Positions 1 through 14,134 are shown, counted from the stretch's first letter. The stretch is 64,000 nucleotides of DNA from Mytilus californianus (GCF_021869535.1 NW_026262604.1:4092001-4156000); one strand, 5' to 3'. Made by a program: numbers and translations. Notes: a model not told the origin generated them from the sequence alone.

Positions 1-389
1 TTTTACCCAATAGAATTGTTTGAAATATATGTCAGGTATAATAACATAGATAAACAGGCAACAAACTAATGTCAACATTTAACATTCAAAGTTCTCTTGT
101 TAAGTCCGTTGTCTCTACTTATTTAAACCTATATTGTTGCTTTTATTTTTCTCTTTCGTTTTTTTTGCTTTGTAAATACAAAAAAGATTTTTGAACGAAA
201 AGAAATCAAATTTCTTATTTCCCTAGTTAAATCCCTTTAAAAGGTCCATTTATTAAAAAAATTCAATATTCCCATATTGATGTGCTTTTCCCGGTAATTC
301 GAATAACCAGATCATAATGAAGATGTTTCTTAGAAATATTTTTGATTCAGATATTATTTATTAACTAATATATTTTAACTCAACAAGTG

Positions 390-616
390 TTAAGTTTTCT
401 CTGTTGTAAAAATGAACTCATGTTGTTCATGACAAGGATACTCATTCCATAGAATTTTGTCGTCCTCTTCAAGAGCTAAACAATTTTCTGCATGATGGCC
501 TCCGGGTTGATTAGTGCCCCAGTCAGTAGAGTCAAATCTTTCCCTGCTCGTATTCCATTCCCATGTTCCTTCTTTTGTAACGTCACAGGCTCCGACAAAA
601 TAAACGCGCAACTTTG
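390..616 (-). pseudogene. Terminal exon of a C-type lectin (perlucin-like) gene; last conserved Cys lost
   Basis: Acceptor tttctag precedes 616. The phase-1 exon reads KLRVYFVGACDVTKEGTWEWNTSRERFDSTDWGTNQPGGHHAENCLALEEDDKILWNEYPCHEQHEFIFTTEKT* (TAA 390-392). This matches the CTLD C-terminal half (W-x-W, W-x3-QP, ENC, WN-x2-C). The expected F-I-C reads F-I-F (TGT>TTT). Upstream exons not confidently found. Confidence 0.8.
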
Positions 617-3600
617 CTAGAAATAAACAAGCAGAAGAACTAAAAATTCAGAAATTATTGCGTGCATCTATTATAGCGATTTTGTTATTTTATACTAAAA
701 TGTGATTTTAATTTTTGCGGTATTGAGAAAAATTCTGTTAAAAAAAAAAATTAAAATGCGAGTAAAAATTATTCCGTTTATAACCCTGTTGCACTTTTGA
801 AATGATTAAAACATGGCAGTAATTTCTGAATTTACATAATTAAATATTTATGCGTGAATTTTACAGCACAAATGCCTGATAGATGATAGACTGTAATGTG
901 TAAGCATGTGAAAGACATCTGATACGTTTGTGCCGATACTTTCATTTTTTGTTCATGTTGAATGAATTTAATATTTAAGTAAAACATTCTTTGGAACTGA
1001 TTAAATGAAAAAAGGAGATAAGAGTTAGGGTTTTCTGCTTGCATGTTATTACCAACATTTAACATTTGAAAGGAAAAATAATGTGCTAACGGTTCGACGT
1101 TACTTTGCCTAAAAAAATTAAATTTGTACTTCAAATGATTAGAAAACAAGGAAAGATGTGTCGAAAAAGAGCTCTTTAATTTGCACTCAACACTGTCAAG
1201 GTTCAATTGCAAGGTTAACGTCATTCTGTTCAGTTGTATCACAGAAATGACTGATGAAATAGGAAGACTACTGTTCGTTTATTATAAAACAAAAATTTAC
1301 TCTATTATATTCACGAAAGACATTGCACCAATAGACAAGAAACAAAATATAAAAGTATGAATTAAGCAATTATTATTAGGCTTTCCAAGAGCTACTTCAT
1401 TTAATTAAATCAATGGTAAGTGTTTCATTAAAGAGTCGGAATAAAACAATAATCAGTTTCTACATTTAGTCTCAGACAAATATTAAACTGTATTTGGTGA
1501 AAACTACTTTTATTGTGAAATCGTTGATGAGCTTTTCTGAATGAACTATATAAAGGTGATAATTAATGATGTTAAATAAAAAAAAAAAATAAGCGCTTAC
1601 CACTTTAAATATCTAGTTTTGCTGTTATTAATATACTTTGAAATCACTTTCGCATGTATAATTTTTCAAAACATAAGCAAAATTACACAAATAAGTTAAA
1701 ATTGCCATTAATGGCATTACCTCAAAATAGTGAATCGTCAGAACACTTTACAGACGAAGGTAGATTTTGACATTGAACATTTGTAAACAAAATTTGTTTG
1801 GAAAAAAATTGAAATCACACAATTACTGAACTCCGAAGAAAATTTATAATGGCAAGTTACTAATCAAATGGCAAATCAAAAGCTCAAACAAATCAAACGA
1901 ATAGATAACAACTGTCATATTCCTGACTTGATACAGGCATTTTCTTAAAATTATTACTCCGTTCTAGCCAGTTTTACTTGTTAAATAAGTTTTTTATATG
2001 ATAAAACGACTACATGTATAGCGTTGCCATTTTTATAGTAGTTTTGTCAATAGCTGATTAATCCTGTTAATGTTATTTTGATACCCTTCAAATAAATCTG
2101 TCGAAAGTGATAAAGTTACACACAAATATATCATTAATAAAGTAAATCAGATATTCAAAATATATTTTCTTTGACATGTATTGAAGTAAGTGCAATTATT
2201 TTTCACGTTATAGATACCACTAAGTTGTATCGATTTTTCTTTTTTCCGATTTCGTATACCTACAGATATTTCTGAAACATTTCTATTTACATTGTAAGTT
2301 ATGTATACAGATTGATATGCATCATTCATTAAATAGAAACCATGCCCCTTTTTAAGTTTAGTTGCAGATTCATATCCAATAGCATAGACGACAAATTGCT
2401 AAATAAAAAGAAGTAGGAATTGTTGCATGATTGCGAATGAGACAACTTTCAACAAGAGACCAGATGAAACAGAAATTAACACTATAAATGACTGTTTGGA
2501 CTTCAAAGATGGACAAAACCTCACTGCCAATCACTATAAATTAAAATACCGAATAAATAAATGAAGTAATAATAAAAAAGCATGGGAGATGAGCGGTTTT
2601 TGTTTTTTATTTTCGCTCATTTTCCAATGTTTCCGTTTAGAACAATTATAATTTACTAACAATACCAATCAACTGATGACAAATAAAAATAAACATTATG
2701 ATGATACGTGTAAACGTTATTCCATGAACATACATTAATGTTACAATAAAAGTCCATGATAAAACCCCAAACATTTAAAAAATTTTCCTTTATCATACGA
2801 ATACATATTATGTAAACTTTAGTGATTAGTCAAATTTGGTAAGTTTTACAATTGTTGAAAAAGGAACTGGGTTCTGGCCACTACAGGTTGTCTTCATCAA
2901 TCATTTTATAAATTGTACACGTATATACAATAACGGTACAAATGGCAATGATGCCATATCTTCTCTTTTATTAAAAAACCGCTAGGTGACTTAAACTTTA
3001 CAATTTCGAACCCTTTGTTCAAATCTTCTTGTCAACCAGCAACTCCTTTTGCAAGAGGTCATAACTAGAAGCACAGTATATGGAACGGTCTTATCTTTTT
3101 TTTTTTTACGTTTTCAGTGTATTTTCAACTTATGAGTTGAAATCTTACACCGCTTTTTTATAAAGTAACTATTGTGAGAGGTATACTTTTATGTGGTTTA
3201 TTCTTTGCGGAGATATTGTTTCGCGATTTTCTGTATGGAAGCTTTTATTTGGTTTAATTTTAGAATGTATGCGATGTGGCATAAGTGATAGAGACCTAGG
3301 TTTTTTTTAATAAATGTACTTGTTTTATAAAAAGAAACTAAAATTTTACACCAAAATTGTTTATTTTCCTGTCTATTTTGGGTGGAAAGACCTTCAATTC
3401 TTCTCTGAACAATTAGTCTTTATTATGAATTGTTTTTATCCTGAACATGCTTGAAATAGTTTCCACTGGACGTTACGCATACATCATTCAATCATTCAAC
3501 CAATAAAAAAAATGACTGCCGAACGTTTTTGTCACAGTGTCTTGAAGTTTATCGTCACACCTTTTCCTTAGTATTCTGTATAGTTCACGTCTGCATGGTA

Positions 3601-4424
3601 CTGGAACGACAAGTATACCCTTAGTTTGCATTTCACTATTTTTGAAAAAAGATCAAGCCATACATGTTAATGATTTGCATTTTTACATTTACGTTCATAT
3701 ACTACTGTGTTTAAATGAAATGAAACTACATAGTACAATTTGATGTGTTGCTCTTGCTTTAGGTTTACGTGTAGTTCTCTGTGGTTTTTATTGTTTTAAT
3801 ATCTGTGATGCTTATTCTGGTACAGTTTTGTCATGTTGTCTTTCCTACGTTATGTAAGTGTTTTAATTTCAAAATTCCACACTCGGTCAAGTTACAGGGT
3901 TAGAAAATTGTCAGATGGCTAACGTATTTGGTGATGTTTTAGGGTTAGACAAAATTCACTATTGTGTGATGCCTTATCAATTTAAATAGCCTATTGATAT
4001 ATTCAATACGGGTAACAGGACCTGCTAATCCATTTAGAGCACCTGAGATTAGCCCTAGTTTTTTTGTAGACTTCGTGTCACTCAGTCATTAGTTTTCTAT
4101 GTTGTGTGTTGTGTACTGTGAATTGTCGGTTTCTTTTTTAGCCATAGCGTTCTCAGTTTGAGCAAATTAATCTAGATAGAATTCATACATGTCATACTAA
4201 AGTAAGTAAAAAATGTATTGGTTAATTGATGTCTTTAATTTCGACGATGATTCTGTTAAAATATTAGTATTGCTTTTTTATGGTAATAAATATAAAATTG
4301 CAATGTATAATTCCTACAAAGAAAAACACAATTTTGTTAAGTCAATCCCCTCGTTCATTCGATCACTAACGCACAGTAATAAACCTATATAGAATAGTTG
4401 TACTATACATGAGAGGTGTACCTC

Positions 4425-5400
4425 AAAAGTGCAAGTAAGAATTCATTTATATTAAAATAAAGAAAGGCGAAAGATACCAGTGGGACATTCAAACTCATAT
4501 TTCGAAAATAACTGACAAAGCTATGGCTGAAAAAGAAAAAAAGACAAACAAATACAAAAGTACATGCAACACAACATAGAAAACTAAAGAGTAAGCAACA
4601 TAAACCCACAAAAAAATTGGGGTTATGTCAGATGCTCCGGAAAGGTAAGCATATGCTGCACGACATGTGGCACCCGTCTGTTGCTCTTGTAAATACCATT
4701 TATGTTAATATTACAAATCCAGTAATACATCTAGTTCGGTAGGTCAGATTCGGGACAAGGTTACAGGATTGTGATAACAACTTTCGGAACATATGTGCTA
4801 TCATCTTCGAAATGGATATCCAATAACGATGAATCAACCTGCGGTGGCGTCCTTAAAACTTACGAAGGGATAATTTCAACTTCTCTAATTAGAACTCTTG
4901 GTTTGATAGCTTTGATGATAGCAGGAACCCTCTTCCAAGGAAATCATGATAGGAAATACAAGCCTTGGAATACCGACAGGGAGACATATTATTTTTATGC
5001 AGGCGCTGCAGGAATGTTCCAACATAGAAATGGAAAGTTCCTAATTTGTTAGCTCTTTTCTTGAAAAATTTTGTTTAAACCAAACCTCAATGTCAATTTT
5101 TAGATGAAAGGCTAGATATTAGGCACACTTAAATGTATCTGTTGTTTTATTGGATGTATGAGATTAACAATTTTGAATTATTTAGTGAGAGAACATTATC
5201 TATATATAGAACGTAAAGTTACAGACTACTGCTGACCTAATTTATTTCTTCAAGTTTCTGTATGAAGTCAGCCTCATATGAATATATGAACAAGTTGACA
5301 AGAAGAGGGACACAGTTTGTTCCCATGGGAATGCTGATTGTTTGTTGAAAAACTAATCAAAAAAGATATATTCTTTGAACCCTATGGTTCAATCAAAACT
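4425..5400 (-). mobile_element. Degenerate Penelope-like retroelement fragment (RT C-terminal half + 3' UTR)
   Basis: The minus strand gives FQQTISIPMGTNCVPLLVNLFIYSYEADFIQKL and FPFLCWNIPAAPA with frameshifts, followed by the same 3' UTR as the copy at 28242-29450. Confidence 0.85.
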
Positions 5401-6910
5401 TGGTCTAACCTCATCATGACAAAAAAAACCTACACATTCAGAAAATAAGTCTGAAGAAAAGGAACAAAAACCTGTCTAGATGAAACATAGCTCTCACGTT
5501 TGTTTAACATGGTAGGAATTAGCATTTAAACAGGAAGTTCTTAGTTCGTATCAATGTTGAATTAATTGAACATTCATACAACTATCATCATAAATACATT
5601 TCCTTTAACTACAAAATGTATGCAAAAGATTGTTTTTACTTTAAAGTATGTAAGCATGTGAAACATCATACACTTTTTGTCTTGTGATCATATGTCCGGT
5701 AGAATAGAAGTAGCTTCATATAATTAGTAGTACTGTATTTTATCACTATTATTATAAGATTAAACGCCTTTGTAAAGGAATTTATTGGTGTATAAACTCG
5801 ACCAATTCACTCACAAACAAATAAAAGTCCGAAGGACATTCATGATAGGTTTGCGATTGAATTGGTACAGTTTATACACTAATAAATTACTTGAAAAAAC
5901 GCGTTTAATCCTTATAATTCTTTAAAATTGGAGATAAGGAACAAATTTTCCACACACGTACATTGTTTATTTGTGTCATTGATTAGGCCTGGCGCATGAA
6001 TATATTTGTTAGTAAATGCAAAAATATGTACTCAATGAAATTTGCAATCTGATAAAAAATAAATTACAAAAACTCTTACATGTATTATCATTCAAACGAA
6101 TGATTTGTGTTTATAATTTAATTTAACGATTAACGCGAAGTGAAAAAAAAAATTGTTAACGTCGATCCGTATTGTGTCATTACCGACGCAATCTTGTTTA
6201 CATTGGTTACGAAAGAAGTTCGGTCAACGTCGTCTATCAAAATATAAACAACATCAAGAACAAGCCCTCTCGACCAATCATATCAACGTATTCCCTAATA
6301 TGCAGATCATATAAGAATTATAACGTATGAATGGTTAACAACTTGTTTTGAAGACAATCTGTGATAAATTCAGTAAAAAATTTCACATAGAATGCTAATC
6401 AATGTCTTGAATAAAATTTACAAAAGATTTAAATTAAGAAATCAGAAGCTTTCATATATCATTCATTAAAGTTCAAATGTAGCCCCATATTTTGCAACAA
6501 TAAACACATAGGGTCATGCGGCATATTAGGGCATTCACATGGCCTTGTTTATAAATATTGTAGATTCACACTTAATTCCTACACTGACCCTCTTTACTTT
6601 TCAACCCTGTAGTGAAAAAAAACAGTGCGTTCAGCATTCATGTTTTTTTTAAATTTTTTCTAACTTTAGTTGTGATCCATTTATCAAAAAATATTTATTA
6701 AACATTATTTACCAATCAGAAGATCACAGGACTTCAGTGAGTGGTCCCTGATGACGTATATTTATTACTGAATGTACTCCTATAATAGAACACTTGTCAA
6801 TTAAACTTAAAAATTAAAGAGTAGTTCAGACTAACGTGTATACAGTCAATTTGTTTTCATTGCAATAATAAAGTTTATGTTCACAAGTTGTTGTTTTCTT
6901 TTTTATTTAC

Positions 6911-8935
6911 CAGCTTTGAAATACTTTTTTGTTATGTAAAAATATGTCATAAATTCCAATCTCTACAATATACTGCCGTATTTGTTGTTCAACTATTTCT
7001 TGTTTCATTTCAATTTCTTTTCTTCTGTCTACACTTCTAACGTCAGTGATTTTCGTTGTTGGTATGAACAAATGCAATAGCTTACTCCGATTGTAATAAG
7101 AATTCCAATAGCGCATAATGTGTAAATAATTTACCCAATGTTTGAAGGTCCTTCAACTGCAACAAATAATACCGATTTACGTAAATCAATGAGATGATCA
7201 TGATAGGAACATGAGTACTCTTTTTAAAAAAACAGTTTTACAAAATATGAGATGTTCAAATAAAATTGTAAAAAAGGGACTTCAAGGAGTCATCCATCTG
7301 ACCCTCAAGACGGAAAACTAATATTATGATATAATAAAAAATACATCAACCGATTTGCATACGGTCCATGCATCAGTACGTGATAAACAAGTTTATAAAG
7401 CTAGCTGTTGCATTGTAAGATTAACGTTTGAGAATAGAACATCAAAGTAATGTAACCTGAAGTTAGATGTACTATTTCTTGGAAATCGAAGGTAGTAAGT
7501 TATACTAAACTTATATTTACTTTCAGTTACGGCTTGGAGTAGAGTCTTGCATAACATAGATTAAAAAAAAAAGATTAGAATAATAGAAACTGTGTTTTTT
7601 TTCTCTGTAAAACATTTTATTAAGGGATCAAATATTTAACCACACCCTTGATCATGACCCTCGTTGCGCAGCTTTTACATTTTTTTCAAAGTGCAGTTGC
7701 CTAATTAGAAAGTGTTTTGTGGTGCCAAAAGCTCTAAATATTTTCAGTTCCTTAAATCGATCATTCCTATAAAAGAGGGGCGAAAGATACCAGAGGGACA
7801 TTCAAACTCACAGATCGAAAATAAACTGACAACGCCATGGCTAAATAAGTACACACGACACAACTTAGAAAAACTAAAGACTAAGCAACACCAACTCAGG
7901 GGGTGATCTCAGGTGCTTTGGAAGGGTAAGCAGATCAAACGATTTGCATGAAAAGAAAAAAAATACTTTATAAATTGAGTACTACATAGCCGCTTCTCGG
8001 GATTAACTTTCATCAGGAACGCTTTAATCAAACATTTGAAAACCAAGATTTTTTATTTCTTATATTTGTGAGGAGAAATTTTGTTGCTGATATGTTTAAC
8101 TGCTACTGAAGAATCAATTTCTTATTTGACATTGATACGTGCAAGGGTAAATTTGTCAAAATTCATCAAATAACTTAAAATTTAGAACCGAATAAGTCAC
8201 GTTATACATGTACTTACCAGTTCTGTTTGATTCTTGGAAAAGATGTGTCGTAGTAAATTCTGTTATAAAACAATCTTTTTTGAGGTTTGTCATTACAGGA
8301 AAAATTGACTATCGATAAATATTTTTATAGTGTATGTCACTTTATAAAAAAACAACATACAGTACAATGTCTCATTATCTGTATTTAGCAATTTTTACAT
8401 AATTGGGCTGTTTTTGCGATAAAACCTTTCAAATACAAGTACAAGTGCTTAGTTGAAACGTGTTGCGTGTTGCCAAAAACTCGACATGCTACAATTTCTT
8501 GAAACAGTCAATCCTGTTAAAATGTTTAACAAATGACAATAAAACTATTTATTAAGGGAATGCATGTACAAGGAAATGATCAATCTAGATATAAAAAAAA
8601 GTGCATAAATTTTCATTGGAAAAAAATGCCAATAACATCAACTACACATTGTTTTATTATAGATTAATTTTCTAGGACAAGCGAGAACAGATAGAACAGA
8701 TGTACTTGTTTTACATATGTAAAATGGTATATAGGAAATACAGTGAATTATGTAAACATGTTTTACAGTATTAAACCAGGCGTGTTCCACCATAGTAGAA
8801 GACGTTTACCTTCATGTTCATGGCTTGTAGCTATTGTCGTATTCCAAATACATCCGATTGCAGCATCACAGTTGAAAATGAAATTACAATAAACCCGGAC
8901 TAGGAATAAGAGCTCTTGCAGGAGGGAGATACATT
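6911..8935 (-). pseudogene. Relic of a single-pass membrane protein gene (Cys-rich EGF-like exon, Thr-rich stalk mini-exon, transmembrane exon)
   Basis: Three exons with compatible phase-1 junctions. 8810-8899, possibly from 8935 (..YCNFIFNCDAAIGCIWNTTIATSHEHE, donor GTAAAC). 8218-8259 (42 nt, EFTTTHLFQESNRT, acceptor ataacag, donor GTAAGT). From 7156 (acceptor ttgcag): VEGPSNIG*IIYTLCAIGILITIGVSYCICSYQQRK, with an in-frame TAA at 7131-7133. AATAAA near 6902-6907. Confidence 0.6.
7770..7936 (-). mobile_element. Penelope-like element 3' UTR fragment
   Basis: Reverse complement matches 29250-29450 (gatctgcttacccttcc...atggcgttgtcagtttattttcgatc...ccctctggtatctttcg). Confidence 0.8.
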
Positions 8936-10139
8936 TTACAATTTTGAACAATTTTAAAACATTTAAAAACAATTATAGCTAATTTTTAATGAAGTACGAA
9001 GTTGAAGAGCATTGAGGACCAAACATTCCTATATTCTGATGATTTTCCGGAAGGGTAATCAGATCCTGTCGTGTTGCTCATGTTAATGGTTTCAATGGTA
9101 TGACAAATAAATATGAATAGAATCAACCACCAAAGTCACAGACCTTAGTGATAGACTTTTTATTAAGAATAGAAGTTCAACATAAATATTTGTATTGGCA
9201 TCAACCTGTCATGTAAAACATGTTAAAAGAGTCTGCCTTTTGAAAAAGAATAAGTCGGTCAGGAAGAGGAGTATCATTTTTTTTTTTATGAAAGGCATGT
9301 CTTACGACAACGACAATTATAATTTCGAGCGTTTGTATTATAGTTGTGGCAACATGTTATTTACGTCCTACATTATTCATGTTATTGGAAAATGTCATGT
9401 CTTCACGTATGCAAGAACATAAAAAGAATAACACAGTTTGCAGATTACAAAAACCTTTGAAAAAAATATTCAAAATGCATTACTTGAACGAAACTATACA
9501 TTTTCTTTTTTAAAGATCGATAATAATGAAAATTGTGTAGAATCAGTAAAAAAGTATAATAATTCGAAACCATAAATTGTAAAAGTTATGACATATACGG
9601 TTAATGATGTCTTTGCCATGTATGACATTCAACATTTAAGGAAAACTGCAGTACAGGAAAAGACAGAATATATGATGGTTTATGTGGATATAGGACTTAT
9701 GATACTCTCAGATATTAAACCTCAGCAATCAGTATCTATTCTATTGAGGTATATCTAAAGTTTCCCCTATTCAGTCATTATCCACACTAAACAAATATAA
9801 CATTTGTTGTTATATATACTGAAATACAAACACTTTTTATGTTATTGAAAAACATAAAAGTAGTAAATGTGGAAATCGGGTCTCCCGTGCACAGCTTAAT
9901 GTGCGTATGGTGGTGATTGGGAATAACCATGTATTTGCGGCCATAGATTAGTAATTTTAAAGACGTTTTAGTACTTCAGTGACTTTATTTTTTTTTAATC
10001 AATCTATCAGAAACTCTTCATCGAGGATATAGATTGAGTACTCAATTTACGGCTATTGTTATCCGGCAGTGTTCTCTTTTTATTAAAACATATTAAACAT
10101 AATAGAGAATAAGTGGTTTGGGGAGAACTTAAAGCCAAA

Positions 10140-10710
10140 AGTTTAATGTCCGGCACAAAAAACACATGTTTTTACATTTTGAAAACAGTTTAATATATTA
10201 AAATCAAATTGATACTCCACCATATTGGATAAAACCGGAAGTTGGAGTTTTAAAGACAAATGTCCTATAATATATAATGTATCCAATAGAAGCACTAAAG
10301 AATAGTTCCTGCATAATATAATGATAAAAGCAATACATTAAAAAACATTTCAATTACCCTCCCTAAAAATACGCTTATTTCAGTACAATGTCCGCCATAT
10401 TGGATTTTACCGGAAGTACGGTTTTTTTGTCATATAATCTATAAAATATATCCAAACGTAGCACAAAACAAAGGTTTGTGCTGAGTATAATGAAAGGATC
10501 TGATTATAACACCCTTTCACATACCAGCCATCGATATAGGGCTGATTTAAGTATAATGTCCGCTATATTGGATTTTACGGGAAGTGGTTATTTTTTTCAG
10601 ATTGCCTCCCTATTTGAAATCAAAGAGTAATACTAGAGGAAGCTTTGTGCCAAGTTTCATGCTTGTAACAGGATGTGCAAAAATTTTCACGAAGCCGCCG
10701 TACTAAAACC
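10140..10710. repeat. Three ~170-bp tandem units carrying CC(G/A)C(C/T)ATATTGGAT...C/GGGAAGT
   Basis: The core motif recurs at 10217, 10392 and 10560 (periods 175 and 168 bp). It resembles the central repeats of bivalve MITE/Helentron-associated elements (family not verified). Confidence 0.7.
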
Positions 10711-13700
10711 GAAAAACCTTTAAACAAGAAAGTAATGTTCTTTTTACTAGTATTTCGAAGTTGATTGACTTACACATATTATTTGCGATATTCATGTATT
10801 CGAAATTTGCTTTTGTAGACCTTATTATATAGTTGATCTACTCTGTACCTCATTCTGCATATGACTGCTGTATACTTTGTGTTTATCAATGTACGTTTAA
10901 ACGACTCCTTAGCTAGAATGAAACATAGAAAAATATTGATGACCTCGTTGTCAAATTTTACCCTATCATGATCAATGATCAGAAATATTATAAATCACTT
11001 AAATTTAAAGCTTTGAACATGTTGAAGAATATAAAACCAACTACGATGATAGAAAACGGACAACAATATAGCACACTGTCTATGAAGTAGGATAACTATA
11101 TTCTCACCGATGTATAAAACTAAAATAGTCAGCACATACCTGTACATACATTACTTATATTTTCATAGTTATAACAGCATTCATAAGCCCTGTAGAATAA
11201 TTAGTAATATCAATTCAAAAGATACTGATAAACATGCTGAGGTTTTCGTATTTAGGTATTTAAATCATTTGAATGATATTGCTGAAAATGTCAAAAAAAA
11301 GTAAAATCCCAAAATTCTGAACTCCGAGGAAAATTCAACCCGGAAAGTCCCTAATCAAATGGTAAAGTCAAATGATAAAACACATCAAACGAATGGACAA
11401 CAACTGTCATATTCCTGACTTGGTACAGACATTACCTTATGCAGAAAATAGAAGTTAAACATGTTCAAACCTGGTTTTATAATTGGCTATACCTCTCTTC
11501 TCAAATGTAGAAAATGGTGGATTGAATCTGATTTTATAGCGCTAAACCTCTCACTTGTATGACAGTCGCATAGAATTTCATTATATTTACAACAATGCGT
11601 GAACAAAACAGACATAATAGGTAAAATTTGTTTCATAGATAGCTCACAAAACTTGAGAAAAGACATTCTCTTCATGCCATCCGTCATCTAGATCTACATT
11701 CATCAGGAACGCTTCAAGGCAAACGAATATATTTATCGAGCTAAATGACCAATACATACCTTACTAAATTGTTAGATCAACCAAATATCAATATTTCCTG
11801 AAGGAGCTGAAACCTTTGTAATTTCTGAATTCATAATCAGCAAATTTAACAAGTTTTTTAAATAAATTATGTTACATGCAGTACTGAAGTACTGACACCT
11901 GAGCTGATAATGCACTTGGGACATATTGTCCACTAGTTTTGTTGTGAGTTTCTGCATGACGCAGTACACTTACATGTAAAGGGCCTTAATTTTAAACGAG
12001 AAAAAAAGTAAACTCACAGCTATCAAATGACTTTCTAACAATACGCCATGTATACTGTTTTCCAGTATCTCTGTCACGCGTTGAACACATACATGTTGAT
12101 TAGGTTGTACAGTGTTGTTCCTTCTGAAGTTTTATGGGTACATTAAATGGTCAATTATTTTCATGTCTGTAGATCTCTTAACTGGTCATGATTGTTTTGA
12201 TTTTTACAGTATCTTTTTCGAGGATTGACTTCTAAGTACAAATGTATATCGAACAGTTCTGCTTTCGTAAGATACTTGTGGATGCAAAGGATCGACTAAA
12301 AAGTAAATCAGTAAAATATCATGAATTTTAAACTTAATTGACTCTGAACAATCTCCCGTCCAAAGCTTAAGCGAATTTCAATTAATTAATTGAGGTAAAG
12401 ATGATTAAAATAATACAAACAAGCATCGGGTGTAGATAATGTATACAAAACAGATTTTTTATATCAAGTTTGAATCTAGTGAACTATATTTTTGATTCTT
12501 TTGTATTTCTAAATAGATGCAAAAATAGAAATGAAGAAATACAGTGAAAAAAGGAACAACCAGTTTTCGTGATGATCAAATCAATGTATTGTTCACCAAT
12601 CAGATATTTTTTAATAACATGTTATGAAATACATTTGTCTACAATAATTGATAGTGTACAATGTTTGCACAATGTTTTTGTTGGCAATACCTTTAGAAAA
12701 GATATATTGTCATGAAACAAGATAACTTTGATATGCGACACTATTATCATGATTATAAAAAATTATACTTAGACGATATTCGATATTTTGCTGTTACCTA
12801 CAACCAGTTCGATTTTTTAGTCGCTGAAATCAGTCTCGCCATAGCTTCCAACGTTTTTTTTTTTTCATTTGATATTTTTTTCAACAATTGAACACCACAT
12901 GTATAACAAATTATTTCCTCAATGGTCGCATCTATAAACGTGCAAATGATACCACATTCTTGTATCGTTTGACAATATTTTATTAAGGAAGTTTTAGACC
13001 TTATTAGGACAAAATTGAAATAAACTACATTTTAAGTCTATTAACGAATGCTTATCCAATATTCTCTTCAATAAGTTAGATAAAAATGCTCTGGACATAC
13101 TTTCGACTCGTACTATCAAAACGGTATCTAATGCCATTTCAATAGCTTTATTTATAAATGTTATATGTTTTAGAATAGTCTTGTGCACATAATGATTGTT
13201 ACTGAAGAATGACATATTCTGAGTACTCTAAATTGTCTTTACTGCCCCAAATATAACTTCATTTCGAATTGTCTTTTGTTTAATGTTTGATATATGTAAA
13301 TTACTTTTGAAATTCACCAAACAGATAAGATATTAATAGATTTATGTAAGAGATTTGAATATAAGTATAATCATGTAATACTGACTTCTGCATTTATCAT
13401 TAAGCTTAAACAATGTATTGTCTGCACTCTTCACCTCTAGGTCAGTTATTCATTATGTACCAATATAATTCCAATTCTCAACTTTGTATCTTCTACTTTT
13501 TACGTTCATATTATTATAACTAGAAGAGTCCCATGAAATTGCGGTACAAATTGGCAAGTGTTGAAACAAAGAGTGTGGTCACAGTAATGAGATGAACACA
13601 GCAAGGATTTAGACCCGGTTAAGGCATTCAACTATACTTCTTTAAAGAAATGAAAACGAGGAACGTAGTGCAAAAGACCCAATGCATCTCGATTGGAAAA

Positions 13701-14134
13701 AAAAAAATATTGATTACCGTAAGGAAAGTGTGGTAAAGTGTGATTTTCAGTAGGTTTTTTTACACATTTATCGCAATAACCGTATGAGCTAAGTAGCACT
13801 TGTTGACATTTCTGAAAGGGATCAAAATGAGCAACACAATGGAAAAAACTCTCATCGAAATCGGATAAAAAATTAGATTTAAAACACTTCATCAGGAATC
13901 AATCCCTCTTTTATTTCAAGTATTCTAAATCTCTCGACATACCCCAAATGCAGAATATTATTAAGACAAACTCCATTTAAATACATTGAAAATAAACAAT
14001 ATGTATATGCAAATTTGTAATTTCGCAGGCAGTACGTCGAATGAGCATGCGTCAAAGCCTATAAGAGACAGATCAATAACAGTCACCGAATTTGGATATT
14101 TGATAAAAAATTGTCGTTTTCTGTGGAAAAGATT

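Noticed and set aside
832-1242. 136-aa ORF, and a nearby SSYFISH word, as upstream lectin exons
   Set aside because: There is no consistent W-x2-A-x3-C pattern, and no donor in phase with the 616 acceptor.
4771-5052. 93-aa plus-strand ORF
   Set aside because: It is the antisense shadow of the Penelope-like fragment.
9640-9725. CGYRTYDTL word as the missing exon 2 of the orphan mytimycin
   Set aside because: Only CGYR matches. There is no signal-peptide segment, Cys spacing or splice sites in the expected places.
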